From Terriglobia bacterium (GTDB lineage: Bacteria > Acidobacteriota > Terriglobia > 20CM-2-55-15): a DNA stretch of 64,000 bases. The translations under genes were made by a program, and so were the position numbers. The number at the start of each line of letters is the position of its first letter. Within the stretch, counting starts at the first letter, position 1. The notes under the pieces were generated by a model. It made no database searches and had not been told where the DNA came from. It worked only from the letters and a program-made list of their open reading frames with translations. The stretch lies in assembly GCA_965198225.1 (NCBI GenBank), contig CBDAOY010000007.1:960001-1024000 (forward strand), read 5' to 3'. Positions 31,753 through 41,917 of the stretch are shown here, in pieces.

Positions 31753-31969
31753 GCTAAAGCAGCCCGAGGCCAGGCATCTCCGAGGGAACGCCGGACCGAA
31801 ATTTGCCTGAGATGAAGTTGTGAATTATACGACACCTCTCGGGCCAGAAGCGGGGCCTAGAGGCAACGAAAACGGTTGGATGTTCGGCTTAGCCGTATCG
31901 CTGGTCCAATGTGATCCAGGTCTCTCCTGGCGGGCAGCCGATTCTTCTATAAAGACTGTAAAAAATGTA

Positions 31970-31998
31970 TTGACAACAAGATCACGAAAACAGATAAT
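31970..31998 (+). promoter_or_regulatory. Near-consensus sigma70 promoter
   Basis: TTGACA-17 nt-GATAAT with upstream TGTAAAAAA. Confidence 0.75.
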
Positions 31999-32004
31999 TC
32001 GCGT

Positions 32005-32065
32005 AATCTCATTAATTTGAGCGTTCCCCACACTCCGGGCCCTGCGCGATGCAGGGCCTTTTTTT
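32005..32065 (+). ncRNA. Candidate sRNA of about 60 nt
   Basis: Lies between a strong promoter and a terminator; 5' hairpin CTCA-TTAATT-TGAG and single-stranded TTCCCCACACTCC. Confidence 0.6.
32038..32065 (+). terminator. Rho-independent terminator
   Basis: GC-rich stem GGCCCTGC/GCAGGGCC with a short loop, followed by a T7 tract. Confidence 0.9.
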
Positions 32066-32555
32066 CTGCAGAGACACCGATGATTCTTCACTCTCGGGGC
32101 AAACGGGGCGTGCAACCGGGCGTTACCATCTTGCGTGTGCTGTCGTCGGCGAACTGAGAAACTCGAACCAGCAGCGCCACCGAAACCTGCACGCAGTGGC
32201 CGCACTCCGGTTGGGGCTCAAGGTTCGACCAAACCTCGAGGTGAGCCGTCGCTCGAATCGACAGACGCCAGCACCGATCCGGACGCCGAGGATCGCGGCG
32301 TAAAGCACTCCAAGTGATGCCGGCCGTCCTGAGGGACCTACTCGGTACAGCGACCTTGTCACGAAAGACTTCCCGTTCTTTCTCCATTTCATGTTCCGTT
32401 GAGTCGAGTGATGAGCTGGTCTTTTCCCGTCGGTCATAGCATCCACGGTATTGCAGCAGTCCAATCCGGTGGGCACGACGAGACCTCCCACCAACAGAAT
32501 CCCGTCCGATTTTCGACCTGCTTCTCTAGAGCGGAAGTGTCCGCCAACCGTAATC

Positions 32556-33044
32556 CTAGGCGGTCTTGCCTACATCAAGCCATCTGCGAATCGCTCTGGA
32601 GGCGTCGCGCCGGATGATCTCTTCCAAGTACGGCACGAGGCAAGCATACGGACGCCTCAGCCAGGGCGTGCCCTTCGGATCATCCCCCGCGAAGCCAAAG
32701 TCGATCCAATCCTCGCATCCCGCGAAATGTCCGCCCCGGCAGAGCCGACATATTCGCCAGCGTAGCTTGCTTTTCGCGCCCTGTCCGAGGACTAGGAAAG
32801 TCTTTCGTTCGGCCTGCAGCTCCCGAATCTGCCTGAGTTCGTAGCGAAGAGATTCGGACATCATGTCAATCGTGACAATGACGTGGGACGACAGGCGAAC
32901 GCACTCGCGGACCAGCTCGCGCCATTTGTCGTCCGGTGCGATTAGCTTCGGAATTGGCATGGGTCTGGCGGCCAAGTTCAAGGTTGACGAGCCCAAGCCG
33001 ATAACGGAACACCCTTGACCTCCGGCCACGTAGTTGGGGCGCAC
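32556..33044 (-). pseudogene. Probable degraded fragment of a horizontally acquired hypothetical gene
   Basis: Protein-like core PIPKLIAPDDKWRELVRECVRLSSHVIVTIDMMSESLRYEL, but no clear start; lies downstream of the tRNA. Confidence 0.35.
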
Positions 33045-33205
33045 CCAACGTCTTGGGCTGGTTCCGTTGCTTGGCAGCGGTGCGAAGATCGAGAACCGGC
33101 TGGAGAATCGGGGTAGACCCGTCCAAACTGTGGGGTGAAATGCGGAGCACAGGACCGACCGTCAATGAATCAACTCTGTTATCAGCAGCTTACAGCTACG
33201 GGAAG

Positions 33206-33292
33206 CGGAGAGGGTGGGATTCGAACCCACGGTGGAGTCACCCCCACACCGGTTTTCGAGACCGGCCTGTTCAACCGCTCCAGCACCTCTCC
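33206..33292 (-). tRNA. tRNA-Ser (anticodon CGA), CCA not encoded
   Basis: GGAGAGG acceptor stem, anticodon arm CCGGT-CTCGAAA-ACCGG, long variable arm, GGTTCGAATCC T-arm. Confidence 0.97.
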
Positions 33293-33446
33293 GTAGTTGA
33301 TTTTACACCACTTAGCAAGGCCCACCACTTTTCATCGTCAGTCGACAGTCCGCCTCCGTGGCAGCGCGGCAAGACAAACGAGGCCCCCCTCGAACATGAA
33401 GAAGGACTTGGGGGCCTGGCCTATCGCTGCCCGGGAATCGTGGATT

Positions 33447-36400
33447 TCAGTCTTCGCCGCCTTTCCCGGACTTCTTGGACTTATCTGACTTTTCGGATTT
33501 GTCCGATTTGCCGGACTTGCCCGACTCCTCAGACTTGTTCGATTTTCCGGACTTGTCGGACTTACCCGATTTGTCGTCATCGTCGCCTTCGATGTCAGCC
33601 TGGATGCGGATCTCTCCCGAGTCGTTGCCGATCGTTAGGTTGACCTCGACTGGATTCGAGATACTGTCCAGATTCACGGCCTCCGCCTCGACTCGAAAGT
33701 CGAAGGCGTCCGGACCCAGCTCGCGAATCCTCAGCTCCAGCTCGATCCCGGCGACCTCGCCTTCAAACTCAAAGATGTCCGCACCACCCTTACGGCGGAA
33801 CTCCAGCGAACCTGCCGGCAGCGTCAGTTCGAAGACGCCGATGTTCAGGACAACATCTTCCTGTGACGGGTCGATACCGTCGGAAGCGACGCCCAGCGTG
33901 AAAGCTTCCCGGAGGTCGAACTCGCCGTCCGCGCCCGTTTCAATCTCAGCGACGGCGGCGAAATCGGCAAATATCTCTGGCTGCGTGTCGCGGATGGTGA
34001 TCTCCACAGTGTCGTCGACGCAGTCGGAGCGAGAGTTGCAGGCCCGGAAGGCCGCCGAAACAATGGTATCCGCTCCCACCGACGGTGCGAGGAACGTTGC
34101 GCTGGCTCCCGACGTCTCGAAGACGCCGTCGCTGTCTGTGTCCCATTCAAGAGTCAGGAACGACACATCGCCCCCTTCCGCGTGGGTAACAGTCCCGTTG
34201 AGCGCAATCGACTCTCCTTCGTCGACCTCGTACGGCCCCCCGGCATCCGCCGTGATACCGGCGAGATCCTCGTCGCCGAACGTGTCCCCGGGAGCTACTG
34301 CTGCTATTTCGTTGCCGTCGGAGTCAACCACCCGAAGTGCAACGTTGCCCAGATTCTCGACCAGGAACTGTCCCAGCGGGGACTCGGTGACCTTGCCGAT
34401 CCCGCCCGTCGGGATCGACACGAAGGTGTCAGCGCCGAAGCCGACCTCGACTGGCCCACGGAGGACCTCTAAGGTCAGGGACCCGCACAGGAACTTCACG
34501 GCATCGTTCTGGTCCAGGTCCACTCCCTGGCCGCACGCCACGATGTGCGCCTTTTCGGTCCCGCCCCTGGCGTTGGCGAACAACCCGTTTCCGAACGCGT
34601 CCCAAACCGTCACGTGCTGGTCCGCCCGGATCATTATGAAACCGGAACTAATCCCGTCGCTGAAATCGTCAGAAAAGGTCTGATCGGTGTCCACCTGGTC
34701 GATGATCCCGTCGCCGTCCCGGTCTTGCGGACCGATGGCCGTGACGCGGCCCCCCACCCCAACGATGGCGCCGACCACCTTGTTCGAAACCGTCCCGTTT
34801 TCGTCCACCACCTCGATGACCTGAACGACGGACTCACTGGCCACGTAGACCTTCGTCCCGTCCGGACTCACTGTGACGTCACTACCGAACGCCCCCGGCA
34901 CTGCCGGGACGACGACGTCCTTGACGTTCGTGTCGATAACCGCGACTCCAAACGGTCCCATCGCAACGTAGACGAGATGGCCATGGCCGTCTACGGGCTG
35001 CGGTGTCACGGCCAGATCGGACGGTACACCTCCAACGCTGATGTCCTTGACCTTCATGCCGTACTCACTGGTGTTCCTGTCAGCGCCGATGACGGAGACG
35101 GTCTTCGCGTTGGCAAAGGTATTCCCCACATAGGCCCACTGACCGTCGGGCGTCACGAGTACAGGACTGGGCTGGGTACCGACAACGATGTCGAGGGCCT
35201 CGGAGGTCTCGGTGTCGATCCGCGTGACCTTTTTCTGTTCGCGCCGGGTGGCGTAGACCTGAGTGCCGTCCGGGTGCACCGCCACACCGTCGAAGTTTTC
35301 CGCTGCTTTACCGGAATGTAAGACGGTCAGACCATGGGTCTCAGTGTCCATCACGTAGATGTCCGACCTGTTGCCACCCTGGTTGTCATTTTTGTCCTCG
35401 TGGACCACGACGAAGAGCTTCGTTCCGTCGGGGCTCACGACCAGTGCTTCGGGACCTGGTCCAACGACGTCCTCAACGGGGATAGGGACCTTGTGCACCT
35501 GTTTGGTGGCCGTGTCGAAGACCACAACGTTTTGGAGGTTGTTAAGGGAGTCCCGCTCGAGCCCATAGACTTCTGCCCCGTCTGGACGGACTGCGACGGC
35601 ACCTGGCGCGCGATCAGTCAGGCCCGGCACAAGAGCTCCCGGCACCGTTTCGGTGAGCAGGCAGTCATTGGCGGTGTCGATGATGCGGCCGTCGCCGGTA
35701 TAGGCAAGCGGCCCGCCACCGCCGGTGCACGAAAGGGTGATCTTCGCGACGAACGCGTCGTTTCCGATTCCAGCGTTTGGCTGCAGCGTATTCCCCTCCT
35801 GCGGGAAGTTGGCGGATCCCGTTGTGCCGGCGACATAGACCTCACCGAACGGGTTGACCGCGATACCGGAGCCCCTGTCGGCTCCGCTTCCTCCAAGGTA
35901 GGTGGAATACACGAGGTCTGTCCCGGAAAGGTTGAACTTGCTGATGAAGGCATCGCAGAGCGTGCCATCGTGCAAGTGGGCTACGGGGTCCTCGGGTAGA
36001 GGGTCGACGAGTGGGAAACCGGTCATCGGGGCAGTCGTCGAGCAGCCCTGCCCGGTCACGTAAACGCCCGAGGGGTCTGCCGCGACAGCGTATCCGTAGT
36101 CGTCTCCCACGCCGCCCAGGAACGTGGAATACGTGAGATCCGCACAGTTGTTGTACTGGACCTGTCCGATCGGGCAGCTCACGAAGGAGGAGTTGCCCGC
36201 GGACAGTGCCGCCACAAACACATCGTAAGTCCCACCGCCATGTGTCTCCTGGTAGGTGCCCGGAAAGCCGAAATTGCTGGAGGAGACAGGGAAGTCCATC
36301 GAAATGGTCTCTCCTGTGACCACGATTCCCCACGGACTGAAGGATATGCCTCGCGCCAGGTCCCAGCTGGAGCCGCCCAGGTAGGTGGCATACTCCAGAC

Positions 36401-38048
36401 GAGCTATCCCCTGGTTGTTTGTGCCCAGTTCGGCCAGAAAGGCGTCGCATCCGCCGCCGTACTGGGTTGAGAAAGGAGTCGCCGAAGGAGGGGTGGGAAA
36501 GTCGTCTGAGCAGGTCTGTCCCGTCACGAAGGGGCCGGTCGACTCGGAGCCGACGATGATTCCCAGACCATCCTCGCTGGACTGGCCCCCAAGGTAGACA
36601 CCGTAGTCGAAGTCGTGACAGTCGCTGTATTGGATTCCGTTGATGTTGCAGGAACTCTCGTTGAAGGGAGTGCTGATATCGAGCTTGACCACGAAGGCGT
36701 CCCGGGCAAGCAGCGGATTGTTCACGTCGATGGAGAGCGTGGTCAGTGCGGATTGGGCGTTGTCGGCAGGGAAGTCCGCCGAGTGGGTTGTGCCGGTAAC
36801 AAAGACGGAGTTCACGGTGTTCGGTAAGAGCGAGGGTGTCACAGCCACGCCGAGGGCGAGGTCGTCGCGGCTGCCGCCCAGATAGGTGGAGTACTGGAGT
36901 TGCCCGCTGAAGGGCGCGAGCGCAAGCACAAAGCCGTCCAGATCGGTGCCTCCTAACTTGTTGGGGTCCAATCCCCGGTCAAAGGCGTCGGGAGTCGTGG
37001 GGAAGTCCGATGACCTGGTGTGACCTACTACGTACACCGTGCCCGAGGGCGCCGGGACGATTCCCCTCGCGGACTCGTCGCCTGTCCCTCCGAAGTAGAC
37101 GGAATAGGCCAGGGCGCCGGAGCTGTCTATCTTGACCACGAAGCCGTCGTCTCCTGCCGCCGGCGGCACCTGGGTTGCCGGACCGGGCAGTGTGGCGCCC
37201 GAGGTGGTCGACCCTGCTACATAAACGTTCCCCTCGCCGTCGATGGCGATGCCACGGGCTGAATCCTCGCCCATCCCGCCAAGGTAGCTGGAGTAGCCTA
37301 GCTCCAGCACCGGATCGATGACCAGAGTTTTGCTGTCATCGTATGCGGCCAGTTGAAAACCGACGACCTGGGATTCTGGATTCAAGAGGTATCCGCCGGG
37401 GACCGTTTGCCGCCGACCGTCGATTTCCTGGTAGATGACGGGTTTTCGAAGTCGAACCTCACCGGTGGAGGTGTCGAGGACGAGGTCCCCGTTCGTGTCG
37501 ATTTCGACTCTATCCGGACCCTCCAAGGAAACCTTGATGGAGTCGGGATCAGCCCCGGGCGCAACTATGAAGTCGTGCTCCCAGCGCCGTTGGTTGCCAT
37601 AGTGAACGAGGTCGATCCCTGGATAGACATTCTGGTATCGGACCCTTGCGTAGGTTGGGAGGTTGGTGCGCCACTTCTCGGGGTCGCTTCCGATGAAGTA
37701 ACTGCTCTTGCCTGGCAGCTCCTGGAGGCCGATGATAGCCGATCCGGAGTCGGCGCCGACGAGCCGCATCCGCACCGCACTTGCCGGGGTTTTGCCGGCG
37801 TCGCGCTCACGGAGCAGAAGAACCGCTTCTTCGGAAGTCAGGAAGAGCGTATAGCCGCTGCCTCGGGAAATGAACCGGACCTCTTCGTCCGCCTGGCCCT
37901 GGTTGGGCTCGAAGGCCATCGGTAATTGCACGAAGGTCGCCGGCAGGCTCTGGTCGACCTTTCCTTCACCCTGGCTGTTGGCCCCCCCGGGGGAAACCAC
38001 GATTCCGAACAAAAGGCAGACCAAGAAGGCTTTCATCGCCGATCGCAT
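33447..38048 (-). CDS. Large secreted protein: SBBP beta-propeller repeats, YVTN-type propeller, PKD/Ig-like domain, K-S-x low-complexity tail
   Basis: Signal peptide, FEPNQGQ and IDPVL N-domain motifs, repeated YSTYLGG..D, AVTPDG..YV repeats and ADAGGPY. Confidence 0.9.
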   Translation of the reverse strand: MRSAMKAFLVCLLFGIVVSPGGANSQGEGKVDQSLPATFVQLPMAFEPNQGQADEEVRFISRGSGYTLFLTSEEAVLLLRERDAGKTPASAVRMRLVGADSGSAIIGLQELPGKSSYFIGSDPEKWRTNLPTYARVRYQNVYPGIDLVHYGNQRRWEHDFIVAPGADPDSIKVSLEGPDRVEIDTNGDLVLDTSTGEVRLRKPVIYQEIDGRRQTVPGGYLLNPESQVVGFQLAAYDDSKTLVIDPVLELGYSSYLGGMGEDSARGIAIDGEGNVYVAGSTTSGATLPGPATQVPPAAGDDGFVVKIDSSGALAYSVYFGGTGDESARGIVPAPSGTVYVVGHTRSSDFPTTPDAFDRGLDPNKLGGTDLDGFVLALAPFSGQLQYSTYLGGSRDDLALGVAVTPSLLPNTVNSVFVTGTTHSADFPADNAQSALTTLSIDVNNPLLARDAFVVKLDISTPFNESSCNINGIQYSDCHDFDYGVYLGGQSSEDGLGIIVGSESTGPFVTGQTCSDDFPTPPSATPFSTQYGGGCDAFLAELGTNNQGIARLEYATYLGGSSWDLARGISFSPWGIVVTGETISMDFPVSSSNFGFPGTYQETHGGGTYDVFVAALSAGNSSFVSCPIGQVQYNNCADLTYSTFLGGVGDDYGYAVAADPSGVYVTGQGCSTTAPMTGFPLVDPLPEDPVAHLHDGTLCDAFISKFNLSGTDLVYSTYLGGSGADRGSGIAVNPFGEVYVAGTTGSANFPQEGNTLQPNAGIGNDAFVAKITLSCTGGGGPLAYTGDGRIIDTANDCLLTETVPGALVPGLTDRAPGAVAVRPDGAEVYGLERDSLNNLQNVVVFDTATKQVHKVPIPVEDVVGPGPEALVVSPDGTKLFVVVHEDKNDNQGGNRSDIYVMDTETHGLTVLHSGKAAENFDGVAVHPDGTQVYATRREQKKVTRIDTETSEALDIVVGTQPSPVLVTPDGQWAYVGNTFANAKTVSVIGADRNTSEYGMKVKDISVGGVPSDLAVTPQPVDGHGHLVYVAMGPFGVAVIDTNVKDVVVPAVPGAFGSDVTVSPDGTKVYVASESVVQVIEVVDENGTVSNKVVGAIVGVGGRVTAIGPQDRDGDGIIDQVDTDQTFSDDFSDGISSGFIMIRADQHVTVWDAFGNGLFANARGGTEKAHIVACGQGVDLDQNDAVKFLCGSLTLEVLRGPVEVGFGADTFVSIPTGGIGKVTESPLGQFLVENLGNVALRVVDSDGNEIAAVAPGDTFGDEDLAGITADAGGPYEVDEGESIALNGTVTHAEGGDVSFLTLEWDTDSDGVFETSGASATFLAPSVGADTIVSAAFRACNSRSDCVDDTVEITIRDTQPEIFADFAAVAEIETGADGEFDLREAFTLGVASDGIDPSQEDVVLNIGVFELTLPAGSLEFRRKGGADIFEFEGEVAGIELELRIRELGPDAFDFRVEAEAVNLDSISNPVEVNLTIGNDSGEIRIQADIEGDDDDKSGKSDKSGKSNKSEESGKSGKSDKSEKSDKSKKSGKGGED

Positions 38049-38125
38049 CTCTTCCCTCCGTTGCCCGGCAGATGTATGAACGCCGGGCTGATTCCATTTC
38101 TACGGGAGTGTCGGCGTTGACGGAA

Positions 38126-38345
38126 TCGCATGAACATGCGGTTTTCTCATCTAAGCCGATGGCCGAGACCGCGTATTGAGAACTCGGCAGGGGGACGGTT
38201 GCTGGAGCGGCGGTGAATTCTGATGGATGGAAGATGTAAGCCGACGTCTCTGATCTATGGACTCAGGCGGCCGAGACCGCCCGTGTATCGCACGGCGCTA
38301 CGAGCATTTGCAAGCGGGGGAGACTCGCATGAATATGCGGTTTTC
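38126..38345. promoter_or_regulatory. Two 21-bp direct repeats with a palindromic core upstream of the SBBP gene
   Basis: TCGCATGAA(C/T)ATGCGGTTTTC at 38126-38146 and 38325-38345. Confidence 0.5.
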
Positions 38346-38466
38346 GCTTCGTCCGTAAGAGATCAAATCTGAGAGCCTGGGAAGTGCTGTGATAGCCGCC
38401 AGCAAATCAGTAGTCAGTTGCTTTTGGCGCATCCCTAACTGACTACCGACTCCTGACTACTAACCA

Positions 38467-39792
38467 TCAATTCTTCCAACTGTCGGCCCACAAAGGCAGG
38501 CGCAGCCTGGCCGCACAGCCTTGCCCCTCGCCCCGGTTCTCCAGTGTCAGGGTACCCTGATGCGCTTCTGCGATCTGTCGGCTCAAAACCAGCCCGATTC
38601 CCGAGCCGCCCTTCTTGGTGGTGAAGAAGGGGACGAACAGGTTGGAGGTGTTCGGCAGGCCCGGGCCTTCGTCTTCAACCCAGATGTGCAGGTGGCCGCC
38701 GGAGCGACTCCACCCCGTTCGCACATCACCTCCAGTTTCGAGAGACGCGTCGACGGCATTCCGGACCAGGTTGATGAGGAGCTGCTCGATCTGTCCGCCG
38801 TCGGCTTCGATCGTGATCGGCGGACCTGGTATCAGGTTGACCGGCAGGCGCGTCTCCATTCCGACGACTCGACGTACCAGGGTGTCCACATCGACCTCTT
38901 CGGGTTTCGGTTGAGGTAGGCGTGCGAGCTTGGAATAGGACTCGACGAACTGGATCAGGGAAGCGGATCGGGACGAGATCACCGAGAGACCGTGTTGGAC
39001 GTCTTCCTCCCAGTCCGCCGGCCGCTGATCGCGCCCGAGCAGGCTCATGAGACTGCTCGCGATCGAGCTGATCGGTGTCAGGGAGTTGTTCAACTCGTGA
39101 CCCAGAACGCGCACGATCCTCTGCCAGGTTCGCCTTTCCTCCTCGCGGAGCGTCCGGCTGAGATCGGACAGAACCAGCAGCTGGTGGGGAAGTCCACCCT
39201 GGCGAAAATTTGTCCGGCGGATCTCCCACCGGCCCCCGCCGCCCGGGAAACCGAACTCGACCAGCCGCGGCGTTTTGCCCTCCAGGCAATGTGCCAGACC
39301 CAGTTCGGCGGCGTTCGCGCCGAGCAGGCGTTCCCATGGTCTGTTCAGGAGGCGTTCGCCGGCACGGTTGACCAGCCGTAGCTTCTGGCCCTCGTCGAAG
39401 GAGAGTATCGCGACGTCGATCTCCTCCATGATCTTCTGCAAGAGCGCGGTTGCCTCGAGCGCGTCCATTCGCTGCCACCGGAGCGTGTCGGCGAGCGCGT
39501 TGATTTCTCGCGTCACATCTCCCAGCGCGTCGTCAATTCGGGCACTGCTGCCACGGATCGAGTAGTCCCCCTCACGGAGCCCCGCGAGCAGGTTGGAAAG
39601 GGTCTGAAGGGGGAAGACCACTTTCTGCCTGGCGCCGAACGCCGCCCCTAACCAGACCACGAGGATCAACACCGACAGCGTCCACTGGACTTTCGCCGTG
39701 TAATCACTGCTCCAGAGGATAATCAGGGAGATGAGCGAGCCGGGGACCCCGGCGGTGAAGGCGATCCAGAATATGCGCTCTTCGTGTCGCAT
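38467..39792 (-). CDS. Membrane sensor histidine kinase (HAMP/PAS, NtrY-like)
   Basis: Two TM helices, LGHELNNSLTPI H-box, INLVRNA, DEGPG and FFTTK..GSGIGL. Confidence 0.94.
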   Translation of the reverse strand: MRHEERIFWIAFTAGVPGSLISLIILWSSDYTAKVQWTLSVLILVVWLGAAFGARQKVVFPLQTLSNLLAGLREGDYSIRGSSARIDDALGDVTREINALADTLRWQRMDALEATALLQKIMEEIDVAILSFDEGQKLRLVNRAGERLLNRPWERLLGANAAELGLAHCLEGKTPRLVEFGFPGGGGRWEIRRTNFRQGGLPHQLLVLSDLSRTLREEERRTWQRIVRVLGHELNNSLTPISSIASSLMSLLGRDQRPADWEEDVQHGLSVISSRSASLIQFVESYSKLARLPQPKPEEVDVDTLVRRVVGMETRLPVNLIPGPPITIEADGGQIEQLLINLVRNAVDASLETGGDVRTGWSRSGGHLHIWVEDEGPGLPNTSNLFVPFFTTKKGGSGIGLVLSRQIAEAHQGTLTLENRGEGQGCAARLRLPLWADSWKN

Positions 39793-40216
39793 GGCTCGTT
39801 TTAGTTACAAGTAGGCCGTTGTCCGTTATTGTGGCAAATGACTCGTAGCCGTAAGCTGATCGCTGATGGCCAACTGACCGCCGGCCGGCTGCAGGCCATA
39901 GCTATCACCGGCCGCATCGCCGCCACGTGCCACAACAACGGCCTACGGATAACGACCTACATCACTCCCACCAACTCATCCTGGCCGGGGACCCGGCGGT
40001 GAAGGCAGTCCAGAATATGTAATCGTCGTGTCGCATGGTCCGTTTCGTTACAAGTAGGCCGTTATCCGTAGGCCGTTATTGTGGTAAATGACTCGTGGCC
40101 GGAAGCTGATCGCTGATGGCCGACTTACCCGCCGGCCGGCGGCAGTCTGGCCACGAGCTATCATCGACCGCTTAGCTGGGACGTGCCACAACAACGGCCT
40201 ACGGATAACGGCCTAC
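39739..40216. repeat. Degenerate tandem duplication (period about 245 bp) including the kinase 5' end
   Basis: 39739-39960 aligns with 39984-40216. Confidence 0.85.
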
Positions 40217-40290
40217 GGCCGCGTCAGCGGCCCAACGGCCTACGGATAACGACTCACGGCCGCGCCAGCGGCCCAACGGCCTACGCTCAA

Positions 40291-41661
40291 TCACAACTCG
40301 TATCTTTGTATCCGCCTGTACAACGCGCTCCGGCTCAACCCCAGGGCCTTCGCCGCCTGGCTGACGTTGTTGTCGTACCGCGCGAGAGCCTTGCGGATCA
40401 GGAACGCTTCGACCTCCTCCAGGCTCATGTCTTCGACCCGGCCCGCGGTTTCACGGCCATCGTGCAGACCCAGATCGGCCGAGGTGATCATCTCTCCCTG
40501 CGCCATCAGGACGGCCCGCTCGATGGCATGGTCCAGTTCACGAACGTTACCCGGCCACGGGTGGTCGACGAGGATCGGCAGTGCTGACGGATCGATACCA
40601 CGAACCGGCTTGCGATACCGTTTTGCGTAGGTGTTCAAGAAGTGGATCGCCAGTGGCCGTATATCGTCGCGACGGTCTTTGAGGGAGGGCAGGCGAATCT
40701 CGATCGTATTCAGTCGAAACAGCAGGTCCGGGCGGAATCGTCCTTCGGCAGCTTCCTTGACCAGGTTCGCGTTCGTGGCCGACAGGACACGCACGTTCAC
40801 GTTGCGTGTCTTGGACGAGCCGACGCGTTCCAACTCCCCGGATTCCAGGACGCGCAGCAGTTTGGCTTGCTGGGTCAGCGGAACGTTGGCGATCTCGTCG
40901 AGAAAGAGCGTTCCGCCGTTGGCCAGCTCAAAGCGCCCGACGCGGTCGGTCTTGGCATCGGTAAAAGCGCCTTTCACGTGTCCGAACAACTCGCTTTCGA
41001 AAACACCTTCCGCAAGTCCGCCGACGTTCACCGTGACCATGGTGTTCGACGCGCGTTCCGACAGCGCGTGGATGGTGCGTGCGACCACTTCCTTGCCGGT
41101 TCCGTGTTCACCTGTGATCAGCACGTTGGCGTCGGAGGGCGCAATCCGTGTCATCAACTGGAGCACGGGTTGCATCGTAGCGGACTCGGCGATGAAGCTC
41201 GGCCGTCCCTCCGCGCGCAGCAATCGGTTCTCCGCTTCGAGTCGCTGCTCGTTCCGCAACGTTCGGCAGAGTTCGATCTGCGTGCGCACGATCGCCAGGA
41301 GGCGGGGGTTTTCCCACGGCTTCTGGATGAAATCCCGGGCCCCACGACGCATTGCCTCGACGGCCAGCTCGATCGTACCCCAGGCCGTCATCACGACCAC
41401 GGGCAGAGTGCTGTCGATGGTGCTGATTTTGGTCAGCAGGTCGAGTCCCTCCTGCCCGGAGGTGGTGTCCCTGGCGTAATTGAGATCCACGATCGCGACG
41501 TCGAAATCGCGCGCTTCGATCGCACTGAGGATACCCGACGGCGTCGTCGCGGCCTCGGTTCGATACCCTTCAGCCTTCAACAGAAGCCGCAGGGCCTCGA
41601 GGACGTCGGACTGATCATCCGCAATCAAGACCTGGGCCGGGGAAGCGCTTCGGTTTCTCAT
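40291..41661 (-). CDS. Sigma54-dependent response regulator (NtrC family)
   Basis: REC domain, GEHGTGKE, ESELFGHVKGAFTDA, LFLDEI, WPGNVREL and Fis-type HTH. Confidence 0.96.
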   Translation of the reverse strand: MRNRSASPAQVLIADDQSDVLEALRLLLKAEGYRTEAATTPSGILSAIEARDFDVAIVDLNYARDTTSGQEGLDLLTKISTIDSTLPVVVMTAWGTIELAVEAMRRGARDFIQKPWENPRLLAIVRTQIELCRTLRNEQRLEAENRLLRAEGRPSFIAESATMQPVLQLMTRIAPSDANVLITGEHGTGKEVVARTIHALSERASNTMVTVNVGGLAEGVFESELFGHVKGAFTDAKTDRVGRFELANGGTLFLDEIANVPLTQQAKLLRVLESGELERVGSSKTRNVNVRVLSATNANLVKEAAEGRFRPDLLFRLNTIEIRLPSLKDRRDDIRPLAIHFLNTYAKRYRKPVRGIDPSALPILVDHPWPGNVRELDHAIERAVLMAQGEMITSADLGLHDGRETAGRVEDMSLEEVEAFLIRKALARYDNNVSQAAKALGLSRSALYRRIQRYEL

Positions 41662-41790
41662 GGTGTCAATCAGGTGATCCTTAAGGTTTCCCGTTTCGGT
41701 CGTCGCACGGTGGCTTCCTTTTGTTTAGATTGTATCTCATTGATAAGAATGTCCTTAAACTTTCCGGGAGGGAGGGTGCGTCGAGTGGGG

Positions 41791-41860
41791 TGTTCAGCGA
41801 CGACAACGGGTGTTCGAAAACGAACACCCGATCTCGCGTTCTCGTGTTCGAACCCGAACA
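41791..41860. promoter_or_regulatory. Palindromic enhancer-like sites TGTTCG-N4-CGAACA
   Basis: Perfect copies at 41811-41826 and 41845-41860, a weaker copy at 41791-41806; AT-rich IHF-like tract and GG-N10-GC (41705-41718, minus strand) on the regulator side. Confidence 0.6.
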
Positions 41861-41917
41861 CGCTTTGTCTTTAAGGTTGAGAGCCCAATGCAGCAAGATC
41901 GGACCGGGCCAGCAGCC

